Below are positions 1-8,609 of a stretch of DNA of 10,318 nt, piece by piece (positions within the stretch are counted from its first letter, which is position 1; the number at the start of each line of letters is the position of its first letter). The notes beneath the pieces were generated by a model, which worked only from the letters and a program-made list of their open reading frames with translations, had not been told where the DNA came from and ran no database searches. Source of the stretch: Octopus sinensis (Eukaryota); the NCBI RefSeq assembly GCF_006345805.1, contig NW_021827641.1, positions 1 to 10,318 on the forward strand, read 5' to 3'. Position numbers and translations under genes: made by a program.

Positions 1-2
1 AT

Positions 3-208
3 AAAGCGAGAGTGAGAGAGAGAGAGATTGAGTCAGAGTGAGAGAGAGATATACTGAAACAGAGAGTAAGAGAGAGTGAGAGAAAGCGAGAGTGAGAGAG
101 AGAGAGAGTGAGTCAGAGTGAGAGAGAGATATACTGAAACAGAGAGTAAGAGAGAGTGAGAGAAAGAGAGAGAGTGAGAGAAAGCGAGAGTGAGAGAGAG
201 AGAGAGAG
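3..208 (+). repeat. (GA)n-derived tandem repeat with an 80-bp higher-order unit (~2.5 copies)
   Basis: AAAGCGAGAG at 3 and 83; ATACTGAAAC at 51 and 131 (period 80); partial third unit from 163/181. Confidence 0.9.
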
Positions 209-463
209 GTAGAAGTGGAAAGAATTAACTCAGTTCAATGAATGAGTAATAGAAAGAGATGGGGGTGGGGAGAGAGAATTTGGAAATGGTAAAAAAATAC
301 TGTAATACTGTTACATGTAAGCCACCCACCCCGACCATCAGTTTTCCCCACATGTGCTGCCATGACTACTGCTAATGTTGATGCTGATAAGATTACTCCA
401 AGAACAAGAATTAAAACTGACGTTTAAAACAATGGCAACGAAATCGATGTAAAAATCAAGAGC

Positions 464-481
464 GATGTTGATGATGATGAC

Positions 482-514
<33 letters not shown>

Positions 515-766
515 ATGATGATGATGATGATGATGATGATGATTGGTGATGACGATGACGATGACGATGAAGATCACGATCATGATCACGATGATGATGA
601 TGATATTGACGACGACGATGACAATGATGATGATCACGACGACGACGATAATGATGCTGATCATAATGACGACGATGATGATTACACCGACGACGGTGAT
701 GATGATGATGACGACGACGATGGTAATGATGACGATGATGATGATGATGACGATGATGATGATGAT

Positions 767-828
<62 letters not shown>

Positions 829-1248
829 CGACGACGACGACGACGACGATGATGACGATGACGGTGATGATGATGATGATGATGATGATGAAGATGATGA
901 TGATGATAACGACGACGACGATGATGATGATGATGATGATGATGATGACGACGACGACGGTGGTGACGACAATGATTGTGGTTGTGATGGTGGTTCATAT
1001 AATGACGGCAACGTTAGCGACAACAAAGACGATGACGACGACGACGATGACAAAGATGAGGAAGAGAAGGAGGAGAACTGTGGTAGTAGTAGTGATAAAG
1101 ATGGGGATGATCATGATGAGGATAACGACGACTATGATGACGACGACGACATTGATGATGACAACGACGATGATGATAATGATGACGACTATGACGATGA
1201 TGGAGACCGTATTGACGATGATGAAGATAATGATGATAATAACGATGA
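464..1248 (+). repeat. Compound degenerate trinucleotide microsatellite (GAT)n/(GAC)n
   Basis: Long runs of GAT and GAC with point variants. It generates the poly-D, poly-M/T, poly-H/R, poly-S and poly-I/V ORFs. Confidence 0.95.
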
Positions 1249-1342
1249 AACCTGGTTTAGCAGATACCAAAAACACGGTTTTGTGACGATAACGTCTGGT
1301 CATCGCAAAATATTCTTACGGATTTTGTCAGTGAATGATAAA

Positions 1343-1510
1343 CAGGAGTAAGGGTGTGGTAAGTAGCTTACTCACCAAGCACATGGTTCCAGGTTCATTC
1401 TCACTGCGTGGCACCTTGGGCAAATGTCTATTACTATAGCCTCGGGCCGACCAAAGCCTTGTGAGTGGATTTGGTAGACGGAAACTAAAAGAAGCCCGTC
1501 GTATATATGT

Positions 1511-1541
<31 letters not shown>

Positions 1542-1755
1542 GTATGTGTGTATATGTTTGTGTGTCTGCGTTTGTCCCCCCAACATTGCTTGACAACCGA
1601 TGGTGATGTGTTTACGTCCCCGTCACTTAGCGGTTCGGCAAAAGAGCCCGATAGAATAAATACTAGGCTTACAAAGAATAAGTCCTGGGGTCGATTTGCT
1701 CGACTAAAGGCGGTGCTAAAGCAATGGCCGCAGTCAAATGACTGAAACAAGTAAA
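1343..1755 (+). mobile_element. tRNA-derived SINE family A, copy A1 (tail resumes at 1962-1980 after a nested insertion)
   Basis: Colinear with the copies at 2680, 3170 and 8610. It has a degenerate A-box region and B-box-like GGTTCATTCTC, an internal (TA)n(TG)n tract, and the 3' end CAGTCAAATGACTGAAACAAGTAAA. Confidence 0.92.
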
Positions 1756-1959
1756 TAGGAGCAACAGAAACAGGAAGAAAGAGTGAGAGAAAGTTGTGGT
1801 GAAAGAGTACAGCAGGGTTCACCACCACCCCTGCAGGAGCCTCATGAAGCTTTAGGTGTTTTCGCTCAATACAACTCACAATGCCCGGTCTGGGAATCGA
1901 AACCGCGATCCTACGACCGCGAGCCCGCTGCCCTAACCACTGGGCCATTGCGCCTCCAC
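1756..1959 (-). mobile_element. tRNA-derived SINE family B, 5' half only (3'-truncated), nested in the tail of A1
   Basis: Its reverse complement aligns at roughly 90% (by eye) to 9164-9370 and starts at the same GTGGAGGCGCAATGG. It is flanked by the direct repeat GAAACAAGTAAA (1744-1755, 1962-1973). Confidence 0.93.
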
Positions 1960-1980
1960 TAGAAACAAGTAAAAGAGTAA

Positions 1981-2308
1981 CCATCGAACATCATTACCAC
2001 CAACGGCACAAACACTACCCCAACCTCCGTTGCAGCTACCACTATCACTAAAAAAATCCCCACCGGCACAAACAGGCAACAACACCAACAACACAAATAA
2101 CATCTCCCCCAGTTCCACCACCCCGACCAGAATCTACACGATTACCACAAATACAGCAGCCAATAACAGGATGAGCTTGACTCCAAAACTATCATTACGA
2201 CCCACCGCCACAACCACTACCACCACCACAACTACCACCACAACCATCACGAAAACTTCAAGCCCCAAACATCTCCAGCGCCTCAACCCGCCACTTCAAC
2301 ACCACCAT
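1981..2308 (+). repeat. Degenerate (ACC/AAC/ACT)n low-complexity tract
   Basis: CAC/CAA/TAC-rich, with a purer run at about 2208-2248; source of the Thr-rich ORF. Confidence 0.75.
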
Positions 2309-2311
2309 CGT

Positions 2312-2460
2312 GACAATAGACTGGCAAAGACCTTAGAGCGCTAGATAGGACAAAATACATAGCAGTATTCATTAATTTCGCTGGATTTTGAGTTCAAATC
2401 CCGCCGACGTCATCAGCTTTGCCTTTTATTCTTCCAAGATCGTTAAAACAAAGCACCATT
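2312..2460 (+). mobile_element. Decayed CORE-SINE-like relic
   Basis: Has B-box-like GAGTTCAAATCC followed by CGCCGACGTCATCAGCTTTGCCTTTTATTCTTCC, which resembles my recollection of the octopus CORE-SINE consensus. Not verified by search. Confidence 0.55.
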
Positions 2461-2639
2461 CGAATACTAAGTCCAATATACCCGTATGTTTTGGCATAGA
2501 ATTCGACGCAGTGTGAACATGTAATGCAAACATTCAAACATCGTCACTGGATTTTTTTTTCCAGACTCTGTTGTATTTCACACGGAATTTTATGTCCTTC
2601 AAAAGCGTCTTTGTATAGAAGGCGGCCTAGCTTTTATAA

Positions 2640-2682
2640 CTCTTTTACTCTGTTACTTGTTTCAGTCATTTGACTGTGGCCA
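2640..2682 (-). mobile_element. Inverted 3' tail fragment of SINE family A
   Basis: 2657-2682 is the exact reverse complement of 3015-3040 (TGGCCACAGTCAAATGACTGAAACAA) and continues into a TAAAAGAG-type tail. Confidence 0.9.
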
Positions 2683-3057
2683 CATAGTTCTGGGTTCAGT
2701 CCCACTGCGTCGCACCTTGGGAACGTATCTTCTACTATAGCCTCGGGCCAACCAAAGCCTTTTGAGTGGATTTGGTAGACGGAAACTGAAAGAAGCCCGT
2801 TGTATATATGTATATGTATATATGCATGTATGTGTGTGTGTGTGTATGTTTGTGTCTGTGCCCCCCCCCCGCAACATTGCTTGACAACCGATGCTGGGGT
2901 GTTTACGTCTCCGTAGCTTAGCGGTTCGGCAAAAGACACCGATAGAATAAGTACTAAGCTGACAAAGAATAAGTCCTGGTGTCGATTCGCTCGACTAAAG
3001 GCAGTGCTCCAGCATGGCCACAGTCAAATGACTGAAACAAATAAAATATTAAAAGAG
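2680..3057 (+). mobile_element. SINE family A, copy A2, lacking the first ~40 bp of the head
   Basis: Starts at CCACATAGTTCTGGGTTCAGTCCCACTGCG and is colinear with A1/A3/A4 through to the tail. Confidence 0.92.
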
Positions 3058-3169
3058 ATATCCAACAGACTAACAGGGAGAAAGTATCTTTAAAAGACTA
3101 TGGAATTCCCAAGACAAAAAGTCTGTCTTCAGTATATGCAATAGAGTGAATTCGCCAAAATTACTCAAG

Positions 3170-3327
3170 AGGAGTGGCTGTGTGGTAAGTAGCCTGCTAA
3201 CCAGCCACATGGTTTGGGGTTCAGTCCCACTGCGTGGCATCTTGGGCAAGTGTCTTCTGCTATAGCCCCGGGCCGACCAATGCCTTGTGAGTGGATTTGG
3301 TAGACGGAAACTGAAAGAAGCCTGTCG

Positions 3328-3366
<39 letters not shown>

Positions 3367-3572
3367 TTGTGTGTCTGTGTTTGTCCCCCTAGCATTGCTT
3401 GACAACCGATGCTGGTGTGTTTACGTCCCCGTCACTTAGCGGGGCAAAAGAGACCGATAGAATAAGTACTGGGCTTACAAAAAATAAGTCCCGGGGTCGA
3501 TTTGCTCGACTAAAGGCGGTGCTCCAGCATGGCTGCAGTCAAATGACTGAAACAAGTAAAAGAGTAAAGTAA
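3170..3572 (+). mobile_element. SINE family A, copy A3 (near full length)
   Basis: A-box-like TGGCTGTGTGG, B-box-like GGTTCAGTCCC, internal (TA)n(TG)n, tail GAAACAAGTAAAAGAGTAAAGTAA. Confidence 0.93.
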
Positions 3573-3599
3573 GTGGTGATGTCAAAACTGGTTGGCGGC

Positions 3600-3775
3600 T
3601 TGGTTTCAAACCAAGAACTTAGAGAGCAAAATGCCGGAGAAATACTGCTAAAACATCTAGTGCTGATTATCTTAAAATTCCGTCATGGCACAATATTGAC
3701 GTGGTGCTGCATCCTATTCATTCCGAAGGGATAAAAAACCCCAAATAACCTCTGTGGGATTTGAACACGGAAAGA
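3600..3775 (-). mobile_element. Highly decayed CORE-SINE-like fragment(s)
   Basis: GGGATTTGAAC near 3756-3766 matches the reverse complement of the B-box region at ~2392-2403; the rest is only loosely similar. Confidence 0.35.
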
Positions 3776-4008
3776 AGAGGTGATTCATGCTATGCTGAAA
3801 GTCATTCCATCATTCCATCATCTTCCGGTATTGATACGTTATTTTGTCGATAGTTAAAGATCTGAATGACCAGAGCGGCCCCCAGGGCTGACTTCAGAGT
3901 AAACAGGTGGGAAGGTGACCCTACACGGTCGAGCTGTTTACTAGAAATAGCAAGGAAATCTTAGTGAAGTCACAGACGCTACTGTCTTTGAAACCAAAAT
4001 AACAAAGG

Positions 4009-4014
<6 letters not shown>

Positions 4015-4055
<41 letters not shown>
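4015..4055 (+). repeat. (AG)~20 microsatellite
   Basis: Perfect AG run. Confidence 0.95.
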
Positions 4056-4058
<3 letters not shown>

Positions 4059-4194
4059 AGGGATGGAAAGAAGTAGAGAAATGGACACATTGAATGATAT
4101 AGTTTAGGGTTTCTAATGACTGAAGAAAAGAAAAAAAAAGCAGGAGGAGAGGAAAGAGGGAAAAAAATAACGGTCCTTTCGTCACAAGTATACA

Positions 4195-4228
4195 CGATCA
4201 GAGCTGACCTGGTGTTAAACAACAACAC
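4195..4228 (+). repeat. Fragment of the (GTT)n-linked ~65-bp dispersed module, in the opposite orientation to the 4821-4900 copy
   Basis: Reverse complement GTTGTTGTTTAACACCAGGTCAGCTCTGATCG resembles 4823-4858. Confidence 0.5.
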
Positions 4229-4522
4229 TTAAAAAAAAAAAGTTAACAGCCAACAACAACAACACCAGCAATAGCAAAAACCACAACTATATCAACAACC
4301 AAAACAAATAAATATCTCCAGCAATAACATATAATGACATTAAATAAACAGATGTTTGTCTGAAAGAGAATAAATGTCGGCTACGGTCTTGTTGGTAGCG
4401 ATGGAGATGGTGGCGGCTGTGGCGGCAGTAGTAAGTGGTGGTGGGGGTAGTGGTGGTGATAGTTAGTTGCTGCTATGGCTGGAAGTGGTGTTGGTATAGA
4501 AGTTCTTGGTGAGGATCAAATA

Positions 4523-4563
4523 AGATTTATGATAGAGAACAGCGTTCCAGCTATGACCATTCC
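4523..4563 (-). repeat. Copy of the dispersed ~65-bp module
   Basis: GCGTTCCAGCTATGACCATTCC (4542-4563) matches 4878-4899 at 21/22. Confidence 0.7.
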
Positions 4564-4820
4564 AATTTCTTTAAAAATTAGATCAGGCGTTATTAGTGTT
4601 GTAGTTTTGTTGTTTTTGTTGTTAGCTCCCACTGCAACTCACCCCAAGTCTGCCGCTCTTCAGAATTCCTAGCATCAAAGAAGATCCAGTCGTGACCATC
4701 CAGCCTTTTTACTTATCCGAGCTACATTGTCGTTTTCAAGTTTTACTTGCAAGAGATTTAATTGCTATTTTTAGCAAATCGATTACCCTCATAGAGGTTT
4801 GTTCTTTACGACAAGTAGTT

Positions 4821-4900
4821 ATTGTTGTTCTTGTTTCATCCTTGGTCAGTCATGGTCAAGCAGACTTATAATTAAAGGCGTTCCAGCTGTGACCATTCCG
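4821..4900 (-). repeat. Best-preserved copy of the (GTT)n-linked ~65-bp module; probable 3' end of an (AAC)n-tailed retroelement on the minus strand
   Basis: CAGACTTATAATTAAAGGCGTTC matches 9892-9914 at 21/23; preceded by a degenerate GTT repeat. Confidence 0.7.
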
Positions 4901-5494
4901 CCATTTATATGTAGAGAGGCTAGGACTAAAACTTCCAATGTTATTCCATTCTAAAGTCAGTAGGTTTCGGATTAAGAGGGGGATTCAGCTGCGATTTCTT
5001 CCATGATAAGTAATCACGTCGAACTTCCCTGATTAGCTGTTGTTGTTGTCACTGTTGATAGATTGGGCCGTGGTTCAAGTGGTGACGACGCTAGTAACCG
5101 TGGGGTTATGTTATGATGGTGATTATGATACTGCTGTGGTTGGTACTCATTCTGATGATCGAGTGTCTTAAGAGTGATTTTATGATTAATGCTATTTCTG
5201 TAGATGTTGTTGTTTAATCAGAAGTCTTTATCTCAGGCTGACTTGCTTACTTCAAATGGCCTTCCAAACATGACTATCTCGTCCAATTTTCGGACGCAGT
5301 ATATTCAGGGGGGACTTCATTACCCAGTATGTCCTATCAATTTGAAACTCATAGGTGTAATTTTAAGTAGATCAGGCCTTTATTTCTTGCAAACCCAGCA
5401 ACCAATTTGATGCAAAGGGAGCTGCGGTTGTCTAGCAATGAAGTAATAATTTATGTCTCAGCTGTACCAGGCGAGTGACAAAATCGTTAACTAA

Positions 5495-5582
5495 CTGGTT
5501 GGCTGGTTGTCTGGCAGGCTGGCTGGCCGGGTGGTGATGAGTGAATTGTTGCTAAGTTGGTTGGTTGGTTGGTAGGTTGGTT
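5495..5582 (+). repeat. Degenerate (GGTT/GGCT)n tetranucleotide repeat
   Basis: CTGGTTGGCTGGTTGTCTGGCAGGCTGGCTGG ... GTTGGTTGGTTGGTTGGTAGGTTGGTT. Confidence 0.8.
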
Positions 5583-6456
5583 GAGGCGGGAACGATGTGG
5601 GGGTGGTGGTGGAAGAAGAACAACCAAGAACGGATGAAATATTGAAGTCCCCGTTGAAAAATATAATCTGTTTGATATTTTGATATATAACGATGACAAA
5701 TTTAACAACATTGTAACAACAACATTACAACACCATTAAAGATGAAATATTTACATTGATTCATTTGACGTTTTTTTCTATGTAGCTATCAAATCACTTC
5801 ACTTCTGTTCCGTCTCATTGTTTTGTTTCGTGTTCGCGTTTTTTTAAAATAAATTGCTCTGTCTTAATCTGTTTAGGCTCTCCATCTTGTTTTGCCCTCC
5901 TCTGTTTAACCCGTCACGCCAAGCAAGTCCCGGGCTCTCCTGCCATACCCTACACTATTCTGCTCTATCCCACTCCGCTTATACCTTTGATATAGTGAAG
6001 AACCATATGCTTTAAGTCCTTGGAAAATTAAGACAAATATGCTCGGACAATAAAAACTATGATCGTAATTTATTGTGTTATTGTGTTATTATAGTTGTTG
6101 TTGTTTGTTGTTGTTGCTGTTTCTTGTCGTCACTTATTCACTGTGCTTGTAACAACATAATTTTTCATGTTCTGGCCCCCATGCCTATGCAACAAATCAT
6201 ATTTTAAACATTTGGAATAAGTTTGTTTTTAGCATTTGTTTTCTTTTTTTATGGTTTAAATCAGAGCTCCTGAGCATTTTTTCACCACATCACCATTTCA
6301 CAAACCACCAAAGAACAAGCGCTCCATCAGACAATATACTAGAGTGTATGCATATATCTCTACGTACATATTTGTGTGTATGTATGTGTTTGTGTGTGTA
6401 TGTATGTGTATGTTTCAATTAAAACTTTATGACAAATTTAATTTGTTTCTAACAAA

Positions 6457-6653
6457 CGAGGTCTGATCAATAAGTATCCGGACTGTTGCCATAGTGACGA
6501 AACTAAAGGACGCAGAGTAAAGTCGCTCGGCAAAGATTGACCTTGAACTAACTATACTGTGCATATATGCACTAGGTTTTAATGTTCTAGATTACTTTTG
6601 TTTACAGCAGTGCTTGGAAGTAACTGTGTAGCGTGTGATCGTCGCATTGACCA
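6457..6653 (+). mobile_element. Probable mariner-family transposon 5' end (terminal inverted repeat [TIR] plus 5' UTR), truncated before the transposase ORF
   Basis: CGAGGTCTGATCAATAAGTATCCGGACTG resembles mariner TIR starts (TA|CGAGG..TCAA.AAGT). The assignment rests on my recall of family consensus; there is no partner TIR in the window. Confidence 0.55.
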
Positions 6654-6937
6654 AAAATTTCAAAAATCGATTCCAGGTGAGAATGCTATCCAAAAAGCCG
6701 TGAGAACGTGCTTTTGTACGTGCAAGTAGATCAGTTGTTGCGATCAATATTACACATACGCAAGAAAAATGCACGTGCAGTTTGTGCAAAAAAAAGCCGG
6801 CTGGATTGAAATAATGTCACAAAATGGGACGGTCGGACAAGTTGTTTTGAGAAAATTTGGTTTAAATGTTTGACAACTCAGCACCGTCTATTGGACTAGA
6901 ACGCTTTGCTTGTATATATATATATATATATATATAT

Positions 6938-7128
6938 CAGTCACCATGATAGATCGTTAGACACTACACACATTTTTTTCTCTCCTTGTATTTTCTTTGT
7001 CCCTTTCTGTAGAAGAGCGTAGGCTCGAAACGTAAAAAACTTTTCTTTCCTGAGCGTTTACTAATACACTCTTTTTGTTTTATACACACATGCCTTCGTC
7101 TTTTGTTGCTTTTTTCGTAAACTCTCCC
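6938..7128 (+). mobile_element. ~190-bp element between two (TA)n tracts; probable Penelope-like terminal-repeat (pLTR) fragment
   Basis: Sharp boundaries against (TA)n at 6913-6937 and 7129-7181; contains the hammerhead-like core ...GAAGAGCGTAGGCTCGAAACGT typical of Penelope-like element ends. Confidence 0.55.
7004..7037 (+). ncRNA. Minimal type I hammerhead-ribozyme-like motif with a non-canonical core (CUGUAGA)
   Basis: TTT | CTGTAGA | A | GAGC-GTAG-GCTC hairpin | GAAA | CG | TA | AAA. Core order matches CUGANGA-stem II-GAAA-stem III-UH, with one core mismatch (A6 to U). Confidence 0.45.
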
Positions 7129-7138
7129 TATATATATA

Positions 7139-7181
<43 letters not shown>
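7129..7181 (+). repeat. (TA)n microsatellite
   Basis: Near-perfect TA run with one TT interruption. Confidence 0.95.
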
Positions 7182-7184
<3 letters not shown>

Positions 7185-7678
7185 GGGTGGGTATTAAAGT
7201 GAGGTTCGGGTATAAAAAAAACTTGTAGAATGCAGTGTAAAGATCGTCCAGAGTTACTGGCTATCTGGTGTCATCATACAGTAGATATGCACATGCTGCT
7301 GGATATAATTCATATAATTCACATATATATTATATAATATAATATGTGAACTTTTATCTTTGAAATATAGATGTATCCATCGTGTGCATATTTATGTGCA
7401 GAGAAGAATACAAACCAACAGCCAACGTAGTATTTAGGGTTTTTATTTACTGGCAAACATGTCATTATTTACTAGAGAATTACAGAGCTTCATGTGAATC
7501 AACATATTTTACATCTGTGACGCCACAACATGATGCAGGTAGATCCGCATTTTATTATTTGATGCTGCTAAAGAGAGATCATACTGATCCACGCATACAC
7601 ACACACAACTATATATATGTATATATATATATATACATACACACACACACACACACAGATAACTAGATAGATTGAGAG

Positions 7679-8084
7679 ATACATACATACATACATACAT
7701 ACATACATACATGCATACATACATACATGCATGCATACATACATACATGCATGCATGTATACATACATACATGCATACATACATACATACATACATGCAT
7801 GCATGCATACATACATGCATACATACATACATGCATACATACATACATACATGCTGCATACATGCAAGCATACATACATACATACATGCATGCATGTATA
7901 CATACATACATGCATAAATACATACATACATGCATGCATACATACATACATACATACATACATACATACATGCATACATAAATACATGCATGTATACATA
8001 CATGCATACATGCATCCATCCATCCATACATACATACATACATACATACATACATACATACATACATACATACATACATACATA
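7679..8084 (+). repeat. Compound tetranucleotide satellite (ATAC)n/(ATGC)n
   Basis: About 100 tetramers; source of the MYVC/HTYI pseudo-ORFs. Confidence 0.97.
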
Positions 8085-8217
8085 GGATGAGAGCAAGGCA
8101 GAAATGTATATACACATATTGAATATTCCCATATACACAAGGCAAATATTGGAAGTGATGTCTTTTCTTAATAAATCGTTAAGCGCTTCGATTTTTCTTA
8201 AATACAAACTATTATTT

Positions 8218-8230
8218 TTGTTGTTGTTGT

Positions 8231-8266
<36 letters not shown>

Positions 8267-8285
8267 GACGACGACGACGATGACG
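8218..8285 (+). repeat. Compound trinucleotide repeat (GTT)(ACT)(ACG)
   Basis: TGTTGTTGTT-ACTACT...-ACGACG..., in sequential blocks. Confidence 0.9.
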
Positions 8286-8493
8286 TTTGCTTTTGATGCT
8301 GCTGCTGTTTTCATTATTTATATATCAAATACAATTTACACACACACATACATACGTAGATACACACGCACACACATACACACGTATATATATAGCACTG
8401 GTGCATAATTATTGCGGCTTTTCTTCTTTTTTTTTCAACTGATTTTTTCGACGAAAACAATAACAATATTTAACAAAATCATCTGTAAATGAC

Positions 8494-8561
8494 GGTCTGA
8501 CTGTCTGCCAAGCAAATGGGAAGCATTAATTGAAGTAGATGGTGAATATACTCCGGAATAA
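8494..8561 (+). pseudogene. Relic of a mariner-type transposase C-terminus
   Basis: 8499-8561 translates DCLPSKWEALIEVDGEYTPE*, preceded by GGT (Gly) one base out of frame. This fits the mariner C-terminal pattern G(I/L)xxLPxRWxxxIxxxGEY. Confidence 0.65.
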
Positions 8562-8609
8562 ACATTTAATGTTGATTTTGTTGAATAAAATTTGTATATA
8601 TATATATAT

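Noticed and set aside
338-1303. Poly-His/Arg, poly-Ser, poly-Ile/Val and poly-Met/Thr ORFs
   Set aside because: They are automatic translations of the (GAT/GAC)n tract in alternative frames.
2030-2344. Thr-rich, mucin-like ORF
   Set aside because: It comes from a degenerate ACC/AAC repeat, has a non-ATG start and runs into a SINE relic.
1328-3405. ORFs of 71-218 aa sharing text such as RASFSFRLPNPL and TYIYIY (also 8813-9028)
   Set aside because: They are translations of SINE family A copies. The similarity between them is repeat homology, not a gene family.
7486-7538. Possible 53-bp exon (TTACAG|...GCAG|GTAGAT)
   Set aside because: There is no polypyrimidine tract, the donor is weak and the peptide is unrecognisable; such matches are expected by chance.
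7679-8084. CRISPR array or encoded information in the tetramer pattern
   Set aside because: There are no unique spacers, the context is eukaryotic, and slippage plus local duplication explains the pattern.
7509-8207. MYVC/CMHA/HTYI repetitive ORFs on both strands
   Set aside because: They are artefacts of the (ATAC/ATGC)n tetranucleotide array.
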